In this document: positions 1 to 10,301 of the stretch, one piece after another
How positions within the stretch are numbered: the stretch's first letter is position 1
How the letters are laid out: every line of letters starts with the position of its first letter
Source of the DNA: an uncultured Chloroflexia bacterium
Lineage (GTDB): Bacteria; Chloroflexota; Limnocylindria; Limnocylindrales; CSP1-4
NCBI GenBank assembly: GCA_963768655.1
Contig: CAVYIM010000005.1
Span: 96,001-160,000 of the forward strand
DNA length: 64,000 nucleotides
Reading direction: 5' to 3'
The notes under the pieces: generated by a model
What the model was told of the DNA's origin: nothing
What the model saw: only the letters and a program-made list of their open reading frames with translations
The model's database searches: none
Program-made: the position numbers and the translations under genes

Positions 1-381
1 CTGTGGACCGTGATCGCCGCATATGCGGTGCGGAACTCCTTGATGAACGCCGGCAGCCCCATATTCGACGCATTCGCCATGGGACACGTCTCCGCCGCGG
101 AGCGAGCCACCGTTGCCGCGGGCATGTCCATGCTGTGGTCCCTGGGCTGGACGGTCGCCCCGCTGTACTACAGCGCGCTACAGGCGAGTCTCGGCTTCAC
201 GGCGGGCTACACCGTGGACTTCATCACGATCATCGCCCTGTACACGATATCCACGGCCCTGCTTTGGAGATGGTTCCACGGCGTCGACCGGATGGCCGCG
301 CAGGCAGCTGCATCGGTCGGGGAGGCCGAACTCGAGCCGGACATCGTCGAGACGCCGGTAGTTCTCATCGAGCGCGCCTGA
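1..381 (+). CDS. MFS transporter, C-terminal part (starts before the window)
   Basis: Open frame from base 1. Hydrophobic helices and an MFS-like loop (ERATVAAGMSMLWSLGWTVAP). Confidence 0.7.
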   Translation: MWTVIAAYAVRNSLMNAGSPIFDAFAMGHVSAAERATVAAGMSMLWSLGWTVAPLYYSALQASLGFTAGYTVDFITIIALYTISTALLWRWFHGVDRMAAQAAASVGEAELEPDIVETPVVLIERA

Positions 382-430
382 CGGGTCGGCGCGGGCCGGG
401 ACGGAGCCCGCCGCGCCCCGAGGCGACCGG

Positions 431-1837
431 TCAGTTGGAAGAGACGGCGCTCCGCAACCTGGCCAGCAGGTCGGCAATCTTGCGGTCCGGCCCGAGACGG
501 GCGATGTCGCCCAGGGCCGCGTCGGAGAGCCGGATCGGGCCCAGCCCCAGCGCCCGCTCCAGGGCCGCAGCCGCCTTTTTCCGATCGCCTGCCCGGGCCG
601 CGCTACGCGCCTCCAACACGGCGCTCGGGGCGCCGCCGGAGCGTCCCAGCATGGACGCCGCGGCCATCGAGTCGCCGAACCGGCCGAGTGCGTGCAGGCC
701 GACCTGCAGCTTCAGCAGGGCCGGAATCCGGTCGCCCGTGTCGTCGCGCCGCAGCGCGCCGAGAAGCTGCGAGACCCGATTGCTATCGACGACCCGTGTC
801 ACGATGACGAACACCGCCAGAGGGTCGGTCTCGGTCGCAAGACGGGCCGCCACGGCCGGATCGTCCCGATTCGCGACCATTCCGACCACGTCGGGAAGCA
901 GCGGCGCCGGTCGGCGTTCGAGTTCGTCGAGGTCCGCCGCCGCGGCCTCACCCGAGCCACCCGGCATCGTTTCCGCGAGCGCCTCGCCGAAGACGCGGCG
1001 CGACTCCGCCGCCTCCATCACCAGCGACTGCCGGCCCCCTCCGCGGCCCTCGCCGCGTCCTTGACGGCGCCCCTCGTCCCCCTTGCGGTCGACCTCCGAG
1101 TTCGAGCGCGACTCCGCTCGAGGCCTCGCCCAGGCGCCTTTCGACGGCGCGGAGCCCGCCGCCCGACGCCCACCGGGCCCGCCCGAAGCCAGCTGCCATA
1201 CCGTCAGGTACGGCTCCGGGTTGAAGAGCCCGAAGAAGACGATGACGACGGTCAGATAGATGAAGCCGACGAAGACCGCGCCGATCGCGATCACGGCACC
1301 GGCGACCGCCACCGTCACGAGGCCCGGCCGCTTGCCGCGCTGGCCAAGGACGGCCACGAAGAGGTTCGTGACGACGTTGCCGCCGTCCAGCCCGGCAATC
1401 GGCAGCAGGTTCAGGATGCCCCACCACAGGTTGACGAAGATCAGGTCGCCGGCCGTATCGGCGAGCAGGCCACTCGCCGGAAGCCACGGCTTCACCACCA
1501 TGACGGCGATGGCGGCAGGTATCCCGACCAGCGGCCCCGCCAGGCTGACCAGGATCGACTTGCGAGGTGGCAGCACGAAGCCCGATATCGTCAGCCCGCC
1601 CATGGCCCACAGCCAAATCTCGGGATGGATGTTGTACGTGCTCAGCGCGAAAGCGTGCCCGAGCTCGTGGATGAGGATCGAGACGGCCACCACCGCGATC
1701 CACTCGAGGATGCCGACGCCGGGTCGCGCCCCCAGGCCGATGATCAGCGTGATCAGCAGGAAGTCGACCCCGATCGTGATCGGGAAGCCGAAGAGGCGGA
1801 AGCGAAGGCCGGGAAGCGAAGGCGTCACGAAAGGCAT
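431..1837 (-). CDS. Site-2 protease family (M50) metalloprotease with a helical C-terminal extension
   Basis: HELGH zinc motif, AGP motif, NLLPIAGLDGG motif and several TM segments. Confidence 0.85.
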   Translation of the reverse strand: MPFVTPSLPGLRFRLFGFPITIGVDFLLITLIIGLGARPGVGILEWIAVVAVSILIHELGHAFALSTYNIHPEIWLWAMGGLTISGFVLPPRKSILVSLAGPLVGIPAAIAVMVVKPWLPASGLLADTAGDLIFVNLWWGILNLLPIAGLDGGNVVTNLFVAVLGQRGKRPGLVTVAVAGAVIAIGAVFVGFIYLTVVIVFFGLFNPEPYLTVWQLASGGPGGRRAAGSAPSKGAWARPRAESRSNSEVDRKGDEGRRQGRGEGRGGGRQSLVMEAAESRRVFGEALAETMPGGSGEAAAADLDELERRPAPLLPDVVGMVANRDDPAVAARLATETDPLAVFVIVTRVVDSNRVSQLLGALRRDDTGDRIPALLKLQVGLHALGRFGDSMAAASMLGRSGGAPSAVLEARSAARAGDRKKAAAALERALGLGPIRLSDAALGDIARLGPDRKIADLLARLRSAVSSN

Positions 1838-2023
1838 CCTGGCGGCGGGACCCGATTGTGCGCCCGATTCGGGCGCGCGCTCAGGTTAGCCGAGCCAGTC
1901 CCGGCTGGACAGGGCCAACTCCCCTATCCCGACGCCGGCTCAGGCTACGGCGTCGGCGACGCCCGCGCCCGATAGCAGCGGCGCAGGCGAGCCTACGCCG
2001 GGCCTCTCATCGCCACGTCTTGC

Positions 2024-2743
2024 TCAGCACGGCGACGCCACTTCCCCGTTCAGCACACGGTAACGGAGGTGCAGGTACGAGCAACGGAGCTGCTCGCACG
2101 AGAGCAGCTCAAGACCCTTGACGTGGCGCAACTCGGCCTGGTCCGTGAGCGATGCGCCACCGACGAGCGACGGCGTCTCCCGGCCCCCGATGAGGCATGG
2201 CGCGACGACGAGAGAGACGAAGTCGATCAGCCCAGCGCGCACCAGCGCAGCGTTCAGCGCCGATCCGGTCTGGACCGTCATCCGATCAACGCCGAACTCG
2301 CGGTGCAGACGTGCGAATGCGTGGCCCAAGTCGATCTGGCCGGTGTATTCGAGCAGGGTCACGTTCGGGTAGCGGGATCGGAGGTCTCGAGCCGGATGAG
2401 TCGGGCAAGCTGTGATGATGTAGAGCGCCGGGGACCGCCGGGCGAAGTACTCGATGCCGGCTCCCGTGAGATGGGGCTTGCTGTCGACGATGACGAACTT
2501 CACGTCGGCAGGCGGCCCCTCCCAGGTCCTCGCGTTGGCGCCGATCTTCGCGAGCGTCCGACCCGAGTTGAACGACACGCGATCGGTCAGGCGCTCAAGC
2601 TCGTAGTACTGCTCGAGCCCTTCGCGGACGCCCGCGATGCGCGGGAAGTCCGAATCGGTGTCGCGCTCGTCTACGGCGCCGGTCGAGATCTTGCCATCGA
2701 CCGACTGGAGCAGGAAAAGAGTCGTCACCGGGCGTGCTGTCAT
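2024..2743 (-). CDS. RibD C-terminal/dihydrofolate reductase family protein
   Basis: SVDGKIS N-terminal motif, GS.LN..L..AGLID and APCLIGG motifs; SD GGAGG upstream. Confidence 0.8.
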   Translation of the reverse strand: MTARPVTTLFLLQSVDGKISTGAVDERDTDSDFPRIAGVREGLEQYYELERLTDRVSFNSGRTLAKIGANARTWEGPPADVKFVIVDSKPHLTGAGIEYFARRSPALYIITACPTHPARDLRSRYPNVTLLEYTGQIDLGHAFARLHREFGVDRMTVQTGSALNAALVRAGLIDFVSLVVAPCLIGGRETPSLVGGASLTDQAELRHVKGLELLSCEQLRCSYLHLRYRVLNGEVASPC

Positions 2744-2765
2744 GTTCAGATCCTCCCTCCTTGCT

Positions 2766-5700
2766 TCAACCTAGAGACAATGCCCGCCTCGGTTTGCCCG
2801 GCTCCGGCACCCATTCGCCCAGCGGGCGGACCTCCGCCAGACGCATGCGCAGGTCCGGGTCCAGCGCCTCGGCCGCGGCCACGGCCGTCTCGATGGCGGT
2901 CAGGCACAGGATCCCCTCGGCGGTGGCGGCGAGGCGGATCTCGGCCGCGTCGCGGACCGGGCCGGACTTCGGCGACGGCGTGTTGACCACGAGCCGCACC
3001 GAGCCGCCGGCGATGAGGTCCAGGATGGTGACCTGCCCGTCGCCGGCGTGCTCGCCCACCTTGGCCACGACCTGCGCCTCATGGCCCAGCCTGTGAAGCT
3101 CGGCTGCGGTGCCGGAGGTGGCGGCGAACCGGTAGCCAGCCCGAGCCAGGGCGGCGGCGACGCGCGGCAGCTCCTTCTTGTCCCGGTCCGCGACGGAGAT
3201 CAGCGCCAGCGCCCCGTCGGCGCCCGGCCGGGGCGGGATCAGCGCCGCGCCCTGCATCGCCTTGGCCAGCGCGACTCGCGGGTCGGCATGGATGCCGATG
3301 ACCTCGCCCGTGGACTGCATCCCCGGGCCGACGCTCGGGTCCACGCCGCGGAGCTTGGCGGTGGAGAAGGCCGGCGCCTTGACCGCGACCAGCGGCGGCG
3401 GCTCCAGCAGCCCATTACCCCACCCCATTGCGCGCAACGTCTCGCCCAGGGCAATCCGGACGGCCAGCTTGACCATCGGGACGCCGGTGACCTTGCTCAT
3501 GAACGGCACCGTGCGGCTGGCGCGCGGGTTGACCTCGATCAGGTACACGCCGTCGTCGCGGACGATGAACTGGGCGTTGACCAGGCCGTGGACGTCCAGC
3601 GCCCGCACGATCCGGTCCATCGCGGCGACGATCAGCTCCTGGTCGGGGACCGAGACCGTCTGCGGCGGGAACATCCCGACCGAGTCGCCAGAATGGACGC
3701 CGGCTCTCTCGACGTGTTCGAGCAGGCCCGGGATCAGGACCGACTCGCCGTCGGAGATCGCGTCGACGTCCACCTCGATGCCTTCGAGATAGCGGTCGAT
3801 CCGAACCGGCCGGTCGGGGTCGACGACGGTCGCGCGCGCCAGCTGCTCGACCAGATCGGACGGCGAATAGCTGAAGTCGATTGCCAGGCCGCCGATGACG
3901 AACGACGGTCGAACGATGACCGGGTAGCCGATCCGATCGGCCAGCGCCAGCGCTTCCTCGATCGAGCGCGCCATGCCGCCGTCGGGCTGCGGGATGCCGA
4001 CAGCCTCCACCAGGTTGGCGAAGCGGATGCGATCCTCCGCCTGGTCGATGGTCTCCAGGTTTGCGCCCAGGAGCGGGATACCGGCGGCCGCGAGCGACTC
4101 GGCCAGGTTGAGGGGCGTCTGGCCGCCGAACTGGACGAAGGCGCCGAGCGTCGGGCGGCCGTCCGGCGATTCGGCCTCCACGACCGAGCGAACGCTCTCC
4201 GGATCGAGCGGCTCGAAGTACAGCCGCGAGCTGGCGTCGAAGTCGGTCGAGACCGTCTCGGGGTTCGAGTTGATCATGACGGCCTGCCAGCCCCGTTCGC
4301 GCAACTCCGCCGCGGCCTGGACGGCGCAGTAGTCGAACTCGATCCCCTGCCCTATCCGGACCGGCCCGGAGCCGATGACCAGCGCCGCGGGCCGCTCCAC
4401 CGGCGGCAGCTCCGGCTCGGAGCCGCTGGCAGCGTACGTCGCGTAGAAGTACGGCGTCTCGGCCGCGAACTCCGCGGCGCACGTGTCCACCATCGCGTAG
4501 CCGGGCACAAGGCCGAGCTCCATTCGGGCGAGCCGCACCGCCTCGGCCGTCGCGCCCGGCCCCGCCATCGCCGCCAGCTCGCGGTCCCCGAAGCCGGCCC
4601 GCTTCACGGTCGCGAGGAGAGTGGCCGCCTCATCGTCCCGTGGCTCCGCGATCCGCGCCCCGGCCCGCCGGACCTCGCGCTCCAGCGCGATCGCCCGCTC
4701 GAACTCCCAGAGGAACCACGCCGAGATGCCGGTCACGCCTCGGATCCGCTCCGCCGGCATGCCCCGCCGCAGCAGCGCGAGGATCCGCCACAGCCGCGAG
4801 TCCGAGGGTGCGAGGAACCGCTTGAGCACGATCGGATACGCCATCCGCTCGGCGTGCGCCCTTGCCTCGCAGACCAGGCCGCTGGTATCGACCGTGACGA
4901 ACGCCGGCTCGGCGACCGCGGGCTCCATCAGGTAGTCGAGCGTCGCCTGCCAGCCGGCGTTCTCGGCCAGCCAGCCCGCGCCCGCCTGTTCGAGCGCGCG
5001 GAGGGCCTTGTTCAGCGCCGAGCCGAAGGTTCGGTCGATCGCCATCACCTCGCCGGTCGCCTTCATCTGGCTGCCGAGCGTTCGATCGGCATTGGGGAAC
5101 TTGTCGAACGGGAAGCGCGGCAGCTTGACGACGACGTAGTCGAGGGCCGGCTCGAAGGCCGCGACCGTCGTACCGGTCACGACATTGGGGATCTCCGCCA
5201 GCCGCCGGCCCGCGGCGATCTGGGCCGCAACGCGCGCGATCGGATAACCCGTCGCCTTGCTCGCGAGAGCGGAGGATCGGCTGACGCGCGGGTTGACCTC
5301 GATGACCGCGTATTCGGCGTAGTCCGGGCTCAGGGCGAACTGCACGTTGCAGCCGCCCTCCACGCCGAGCGCCCGAATGATCGCCAGGCTGGCCGAGCGC
5401 AGGCGCTGGTGGACAGGGTCGGGCAGCGTCTGGACCGGCGCGACGACGATCGAGTCGCCGGTGTGGATACCCAGCGGGTCGACGTTCTCCATCGAGCAGA
5501 CGGCGATGCAGGTATCGTCCGCGTCGCGCATGACCTCGTATTCGATCTCCTGCCAGCCCACCAGGCAGCGCTCGATCATGACCTGGTGGATGGGGCTGAG
5601 TCTCAGTCCCGTGCGCGTCCGCTCCCAGTACGCGTCCTCGGTCTCGACGATGCCGCCGCCGGTGCCGCCCAGGGTGAAGGCCGGCCGGATGATCGCCGGC

Positions 5701-6266
5701 AGGCCGATCTCCTGCAGGGCGCGGCGGGCCGCGGCGTCGCGCGCCTCATCGGTCTCACCTTCGACGATGTGGCTCGGCGCATACGGCTGGCCGATGCGGT
5801 CGAGCAGGTCGCGGAACAACTCGCGGTCCTCGGCCATCTCGATCGCCTCGAGCGGCGTGCCGATGAGCCGGACGTTGTACTTGTCCAGGACGCCGGCCTT
5901 GGCCAGCGCCACGGCCAGGTTCAGCCCGGTCTGGCCGCCGAGCCCGGCAAGCAGCCCCTCCGGCCGCTCTTTGGCGATGACCTGCTCGATCGCCTCGACC
6001 GTGAGCGGCTCGAGGTAGACGGCGTCGGCGACCTCGGCGTCGGTCATGATCGTGGCCGGGTTCGAGTTGACCAGGATCGTCCGCACGCCCTCAGCGCGGA
6101 GCGCCCGGCAGGCCTGCGTGCCGGCGTAGTCGAACTCGGCCGCCTGGCCGATGACGACCGGCCCGGAGCCGATGATCAGCGCACTCTTCGGCTTTGGCCG
6201 GTGCGCGCTCGGGGCCGGGTTCGCGGGCACGGGGTATGCGGTGGTCGGCAACGGCGGCTGCCTCAC
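2766..6266 (-). CDS. carB: Carbamoyl-phosphate synthase large subunit
   Basis: IGSGPVVIGQAAEFDYAG, two ATP-grasp halves (IEVNPRVSRSSALASKATG; IEVNPRASRTVPF), C-terminal MGS-like domain. Confidence 0.97.
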   Translation of the reverse strand: MRQPPLPTTAYPVPANPAPSAHRPKPKSALIIGSGPVVIGQAAEFDYAGTQACRALRAEGVRTILVNSNPATIMTDAEVADAVYLEPLTVEAIEQVIAKERPEGLLAGLGGQTGLNLAVALAKAGVLDKYNVRLIGTPLEAIEMAEDRELFRDLLDRIGQPYAPSHIVEGETDEARDAAARRALQEIGLPAIIRPAFTLGGTGGGIVETEDAYWERTRTGLRLSPIHQVMIERCLVGWQEIEYEVMRDADDTCIAVCSMENVDPLGIHTGDSIVVAPVQTLPDPVHQRLRSASLAIIRALGVEGGCNVQFALSPDYAEYAVIEVNPRVSRSSALASKATGYPIARVAAQIAAGRRLAEIPNVVTGTTVAAFEPALDYVVVKLPRFPFDKFPNADRTLGSQMKATGEVMAIDRTFGSALNKALRALEQAGAGWLAENAGWQATLDYLMEPAVAEPAFVTVDTSGLVCEARAHAERMAYPIVLKRFLAPSDSRLWRILALLRRGMPAERIRGVTGISAWFLWEFERAIALEREVRRAGARIAEPRDDEAATLLATVKRAGFGDRELAAMAGPGATAEAVRLARMELGLVPGYAMVDTCAAEFAAETPYFYATYAASGSEPELPPVERPAALVIGSGPVRIGQGIEFDYCAVQAAAELRERGWQAVMINSNPETVSTDFDASSRLYFEPLDPESVRSVVEAESPDGRPTLGAFVQFGGQTPLNLAESLAAAGIPLLGANLETIDQAEDRIRFANLVEAVGIPQPDGGMARSIEEALALADRIGYPVIVRPSFVIGGLAIDFSYSPSDLVEQLARATVVDPDRPVRIDRYLEGIEVDVDAISDGESVLIPGLLEHVERAGVHSGDSVGMFPPQTVSVPDQELIVAAMDRIVRALDVHGLVNAQFIVRDDGVYLIEVNPRASRTVPFMSKVTGVPMVKLAVRIALGETLRAMGWGNGLLEPPPLVAVKAPAFSTAKLRGVDPSVGPGMQSTGEVIGIHADPRVALAKAMQGAALIPPRPGADGALALISVADRDKKELPRVAAALARAGYRFAATSGTAAELHRLGHEAQVVAKVGEHAGDGQVTILDLIAGGSVRLVVNTPSPKSGPVRDAAEIRLAATAEGILCLTAIETAVAAAEALDPDLRMRLAEVRPLGEWVPEPGKPRRALSLG

Positions 6267-6319
6267 ACAAAAAGGCCACCGGCCGAGTTGGCGCGGTGGT
6301 TCTCATTGCAGGCGACCAT
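6263..6319 (-). CDS. Putative 18-aa leader peptide of carB (MVACNENHRANSAGGLFV)
   Basis: GGAGGAGG-TCC-ATG at 6319; TGA at 6265-6263 overlaps the carB GTG (GTGA); paralogous ORF upstream of carA. Confidence 0.6.
   Translation of the reverse strand: MVACNENHRANSAGGLFV
6269..6299 (-). terminator. Leader intrinsic terminator (attenuator) of carB
   Basis: CCACCGCGCC-AACTC-GGCCGGTGG hairpin followed by CCTTTTT on the minus strand. Confidence 0.7.
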
Positions 6320-6396
6320 GGACCTCCTCCCCGGCCTCACTGGACCGGTACGCCGGCCTCACAGGACCGGCCGCAAAGGCTGCCCGTAGGTTATCA
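6320..6396 (-). promoter_or_regulatory. Extended -10 promoter and tandem PyrR-binding loops upstream of carB
   Basis: TGATAACCT (6396-6388), CCTTT, CCGGTCCTGTGAGGCCGG (6370-6353) and CCGGTCCAGTGAGGCCGG (6348-6331). Both resemble the PyrR binding consensus ARUCCNGNGAGGYU. Confidence 0.85.
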
Positions 6397-7393
6397 CGAA
6401 GCCAAACGGGTACGTGAACCGCCCTGGGTTCCGTGGAGATCCGATGGGCGTCCGTCAACGAGACCCCGACCAGGTTTCGGCCTGACGTCCCGCGCTTGAG
6501 CGGCGGACCACGGCCGCAACTTCACTTGTCCTGACCGGCCACCGTCCGCTCGAGGGGAGTGGGGCAAACGAAAGTGCCATCCGCTACGTTGTTGTGTCAG
6601 AACTGAGAGCGGAACACCCCGGACGCGTTCCATGAGTGGAGCCTTGTCGCGTCCGGACTCCTCCATCCAGATGAGCCAGCCCCCGCGATCAGCCACGAAG
6701 TAACTGGAGTTGCCCTCGGTATCCACCTGGATCGGCGAAGACCAGCTCGGCTGCCAGACAGTCAAAGCATCAAGCCAGGAGTCGTAGTACGCCTCCCGTT
6801 GCCACCAGGCCACCGTGCCCGAGCCGCAGGCCATTCCATCGATTCCCTTCGATGGCCCATCGGCGGGGTCAGGGCTGATGGCCAGAGTCCTGGCATAGGG
6901 AGCGGCAGCCGCATACAGACTGGTCTGCGAACCACCCGGACGTCTGAGAGCTGGCCTGTGGATCCGCCACCCAGGCCGCCAGCGGACCCTCGGCATTGAC
7001 CTCATAGACCTCCTTGCCAATCTCCTGGGAGCCACTCAGAGGCGTCCAATGCCAGAGGTGCATCTGACCAATCGCGCCGCTATTTGGATCGCCCTTGCCA
7101 GTGGTGTATAGAACGCCGTCCGGCACAAGGGCAAAGTCGTACGGATCGCCGGTGAACCTGATCGTGTCCTGTAGGTTGCCGAGGATGTCCCGGATCTCTA
7201 TCTGCCACTTGCCGCTGGCCAAAGCCTCCAAGAGCGCTATCCGTTGGCCGTCGAACTTGATGCTGTCGAGGTACATTTGCCCGCCGTAGTTCGGCATACG
7301 GTCATGGGCCACCACACTCACTCTATGAGTCGTCAGGTTCATGTCTTTGAGCGACCAGGCAGTGACAGGATGCTGGTCACTGCTCCAGTCGTA

Positions 7394-8882
7394 GAGGATG
7401 TCCCGCTCGTCGTGGAATTTCAGTGAGGGTCGGGTCTCCAGGTTGCTGATCATATCGGTTGGTTGGTAGCGCTCGCCTCGCTTTCGATGTGGAGCTCGCG
7501 CTTCAGCGCAGCGGCAAGAATGGGCAGCTCCCGATAGCCACAGACTCGGCGGAACTGAGCCTCTGCGGCGAGCATCCCAGCGGCGGCCCAGCGCAGCGCC
7601 ATCTCGCCCGACTCCCAGTTCTTCACCCGGCGGGCGTGCGTCTTGACGATCTCGATCATCGATTCCATCGGGTTGGTCGACTCGAGCGTCCTCCAGAGCG
7701 AGCCGCTGATGCCCAGACGCGTCAGGGTGAGCGTGTCGTCGAGCCCCTCGCGCAGCGACGCGGCGGCTCCCGGACGGCTGTGGGCCAGACTGCGGGCCAG
7801 GGAGTGGAGGGCCGCCTTCGCCCTGTCCGGATCTCGCTCGGCCCAGGCGGCCCGAAGCCGGCGCTGGGCGAGCGGTCGTTCGATCTCGGGCAGGTGCTCT
7901 AGAACGTTGCGCTCTTTGTGGCGATGGCAGCGATGGATCGCCACGCCTTTGCCCAAGAAGGTGGGGATGGCCGAACCGATGGCGGAGCCGCCGTCGACGA
8001 CGAAGAGGACGCCTGCGCTTGTGTCCAGACCGCGATCGCGCAAGTCCGCCAGGAGCGCGTTGACCACCGCGCTGTTCTCGGTCGTGCCCTCGACCACGCC
8101 GAGGGGCACCTTGTGGCCGGCGGCGTCGATCCCGAGCGCGCCTACGAGCAGGTGATCGCCCAGGCGAAAGCCATCGAGCATGAGCACGAGGTAGCGGCGG
8201 TCGTCGAGTCTGCGCCCGAGCAGCTCAGCCAGGCGCTCTGCCGTGGCGGCGAGGAAGCGGCGGCTGACGGCGGCGTGGCTGGTCGAGACGGCGGCCTCCT
8301 CGATGGCCTCGCCAACAGGCTCGAGGCCAACCGGATAGTCGCGAGTCGAGAGCCCCGCGAGCATCCGGGCGACGATCCCGTCGGCGAGCAGATCGCTGGC
8401 TCTCGCGGCCTCGTAGGTCGCGAGCGGCAGCTCGGCTGCTCCATCGGCACTTCGCACACGTGGCCGCTCGACGCGGAGTCGGCGGCCGCCCAGGGTCACG
8501 GTTCCGGCTTCACTGCCATGGCGATAGGCAACTCGATCCGCTCGGTGGCGGCCGCGTGGGCCGGCCAGGCCGTCAACCTCAGCCGCCATCAGCTCGTCGA
8601 GGACCTCGAGGCCGACCGCGGTCGAAGCGGCCAGCAGGCCCTCGCGCAGATGGCTCGCGAACGTGGCGAGATGGCCCTCGAGCCGCCCTGTCAGCTCAGC
8701 AGGAAGCTGGTGAACGAGACGGCGAGGTCGGCGGCATCGCTTCTCAGGGCGGGGCCGGACGTGGGACGATGGCATGGGTTCCTCCAGTTCGACTTTCCGG
8801 GTCTCCCGTAGCGTGACAGCTCACGCTCCGGGCTGGAGGACCCTCCCCTCAACTCAAATTCCACGGAACTCGGGACAACCTC
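7394..8882 (-). mobile_element. IS256-family insertion sequence, copy 1 (1489 bp)
   Basis: Imperfect terminal IRs (GAGGTTGTCCCGAGTTCCGTGGAATTTGAGT / GAGGATGTCCCGCTCGTCGTGGAATTTCAGT); 8-bp TSD CAGTCGTA at 7386-7393 and 8883-8890. Confidence 0.95.
7450..8775 (-). CDS. IS256-family (Mutator) DDE transposase
   Basis: GLSTRDY, LMLDG, VVDGG, HRCHRHKERN and STNPMES motifs. Confidence 0.95.
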   Translation of the reverse strand: MPSSHVRPRPEKRCRRPRRLVHQLPAELTGRLEGHLATFASHLREGLLAASTAVGLEVLDELMAAEVDGLAGPRGRHRADRVAYRHGSEAGTVTLGGRRLRVERPRVRSADGAAELPLATYEAARASDLLADGIVARMLAGLSTRDYPVGLEPVGEAIEEAAVSTSHAAVSRRFLAATAERLAELLGRRLDDRRYLVLMLDGFRLGDHLLVGALGIDAAGHKVPLGVVEGTTENSAVVNALLADLRDRGLDTSAGVLFVVDGGSAIGSAIPTFLGKGVAIHRCHRHKERNVLEHLPEIERPLAQRRLRAAWAERDPDRAKAALHSLARSLAHSRPGAAASLREGLDDTLTLTRLGISGSLWRTLESTNPMESMIEIVKTHARRVKNWESGEMALRWAAAGMLAAEAQFRRVCGYRELPILAAALKRELHIESEASATNQPI

Positions 8883-9422
8883 CAGTCGTACACATCCTCG
8901 ACCCAGAGGAGGTGGTCGCCCGCTAGCTGCGGCGACCATATCCCGACCCTCGTTCCCTCAGCCGCAGAGGCCTGATACACGACTGCGACCGTTCCCTTCT
9001 GCAGATCTCCATACCAGAGATCGGCCTCGTGATCGGCATCGCGGGCGTCGAAGGCGACCAGGGAGCCATCGTTCGTCAGATCAAGGATCTGGGGGTCGGC
9101 CAATGGGCCTATGTTCCAGCATGCATCGGAGCCCAATGGAATCGACACTTTCTGGAAGACATAGGTGGGGTCAGGCGAGTCGCCACGCGAGTCGCCACAC
9201 CGGGCGCCAGCGGAGGCTGTGGGGAACCCGGTCGCGGAAGCGCCAGGAGTCGCGGTGGCGACAGAGGTCGCGGAAGCGGCTGGCGGGGGCGAGGCGGTGG
9301 GTCGCAGCCCGGACCCACAGGCTGAGACAAGGAAAACGATGGCGAGGGCGCTGACCTTCACCCCGGGCTGCATGTGCAAGGTCTGCCCCGCCCCGGGCGG
9401 ACCTGCAACCCAAAGCCTGGCC

Positions 9423-9590
9423 GGCGAAGCCCGCCAGGAGCGGTGAGCCTGCGATCCCTGCCGTCCCGGCGCTTCAGCTGCGAGCCGACCGCGGAGACGA
9501 AGAAGAGCGCGCCTGCCGTCGGTCCAACGGCAGCCGGCCGCCGCTTTCGGCCGAAGGCCAACCGGTCGCCGAAGGCCGTCTCGTCCGCCG
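9423..9590. repeat. Dispersed island repeat, copy A
   Basis: Collinear blocks shared with 10500-10670 and 12336-12465; core ATCCCTGNNNTCCCGGCGCTTC at 9454-9475. Confidence 0.7.
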
Positions 9591-9702
9591 GCCGGAATCA
9601 TCTTCGCGACTCCAGCTAAGCTCGCCATTCGCGGCCCGAAAAGCTCGTTGCTCCAGGTCACCAGGAAGCATCCCGGCTCCCGATGATTCCCGCCAGATCT
9701 CC

Positions 9703-10013
9703 TCACGCCGCAGACCCAGTCCACGGCCAATCTTCGTGAGTTCGCCGGCCAACCGGCTCTGTGCGACCTCGGTGTCGTGAGCCGCCTGGGCGCGGAGCCA
9801 GTAGCCATCTGACAGACCGAAGAACCGGCACAGCCGAAGGTCGGTGTCCGCGGTGATCGACCGCCTGCCGGCCACGATTTCGCCAATTCGCTGAGCGGGA
9901 ACGCCGATCTCCTTAGCTAGTCGGTACTGTGAGATGCCCATCGGGCGCAGGAACTCCTGCAGCAGCAACTCACCCGGAGTCACCGGGGGCAATGTCGTCG
10001 TCATCTTCGTCAC
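9703..10013 (-). CDS. higA: HigA-family antitoxin (HTH); the 3' end appears frameshifted
   Basis: PGELLLQEFLRPMGISQYRLA...ITADTDLRL...YWLRAQ. Adding one base near 9728 gives a typical end (KI.PWTGSAA-TGA at 9703); as assembled the frame runs to 9474. Confidence 0.85.
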
Positions 10014-10016
10014 GTC

Positions 10017-10295
10017 CTAGTGGTAGTCCACGATCTCGACGCCCTCGGCGCCAGCAGCAGTCCAGCGAAAGCAAACGCGATACTGATCGTTGATGCGGAT
10101 GCTGTACTGGCCAGAACGATCGCCTTTGAGCGCCTCGAGGCGGTTTCCAGGAGGAACCCGCAGGTCGTCGAGCCGAGCGGCGATCTCGAGCTGTCTGAGC
10201 TTGCGCCGAGCGACCGACTCGATGGCGACGAAACGCTGCACTCGACTTCCGCGTGCGAGGGCTTCCGTGTCGGCATCCCTGAACGAGGCGATCAC
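10017..10295 (-). CDS. higB: HigB/RelE-family toxin (plasmid killer type)
   Basis: DLRVPPGNRLEALKGDRSGQYSIRINDQYRVCFRW...EIVDYH; directly upstream of higA. Confidence 0.93.
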   Translation of the reverse strand: MIASFRDADTEALARGSRVQRFVAIESVARRKLRQLEIAARLDDLRVPPGNRLEALKGDRSGQYSIRINDQYRVCFRWTAAGAEGVEIVDYH

Positions 10296-10301
10296 GTCGG
10301 G

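Larger units (their letters stand above)
6394..9373 (-). pseudogene. Secreted lipoprotein (beta-propeller-like) interrupted by IS256 and frameshifted near 6935
   Basis: Lipobox (LVSA-C) after ATG 9373. Removing the IS and one TSD restores VEDVYDW-SSDQHP in frame. Reading continues in another frame after ~6935; the 3' end is uncertain. Confidence 0.7.

Noticed and set aside
3048-6389. Long antisense or alternative-frame ORFs (e.g. 3048-6389, 18853-20823, 27898-29919, 51210-54014)
   Set aside because: Shadow ORFs of high-GC coding genes, with Arg/Pro/Gly-rich composition and no motifs.
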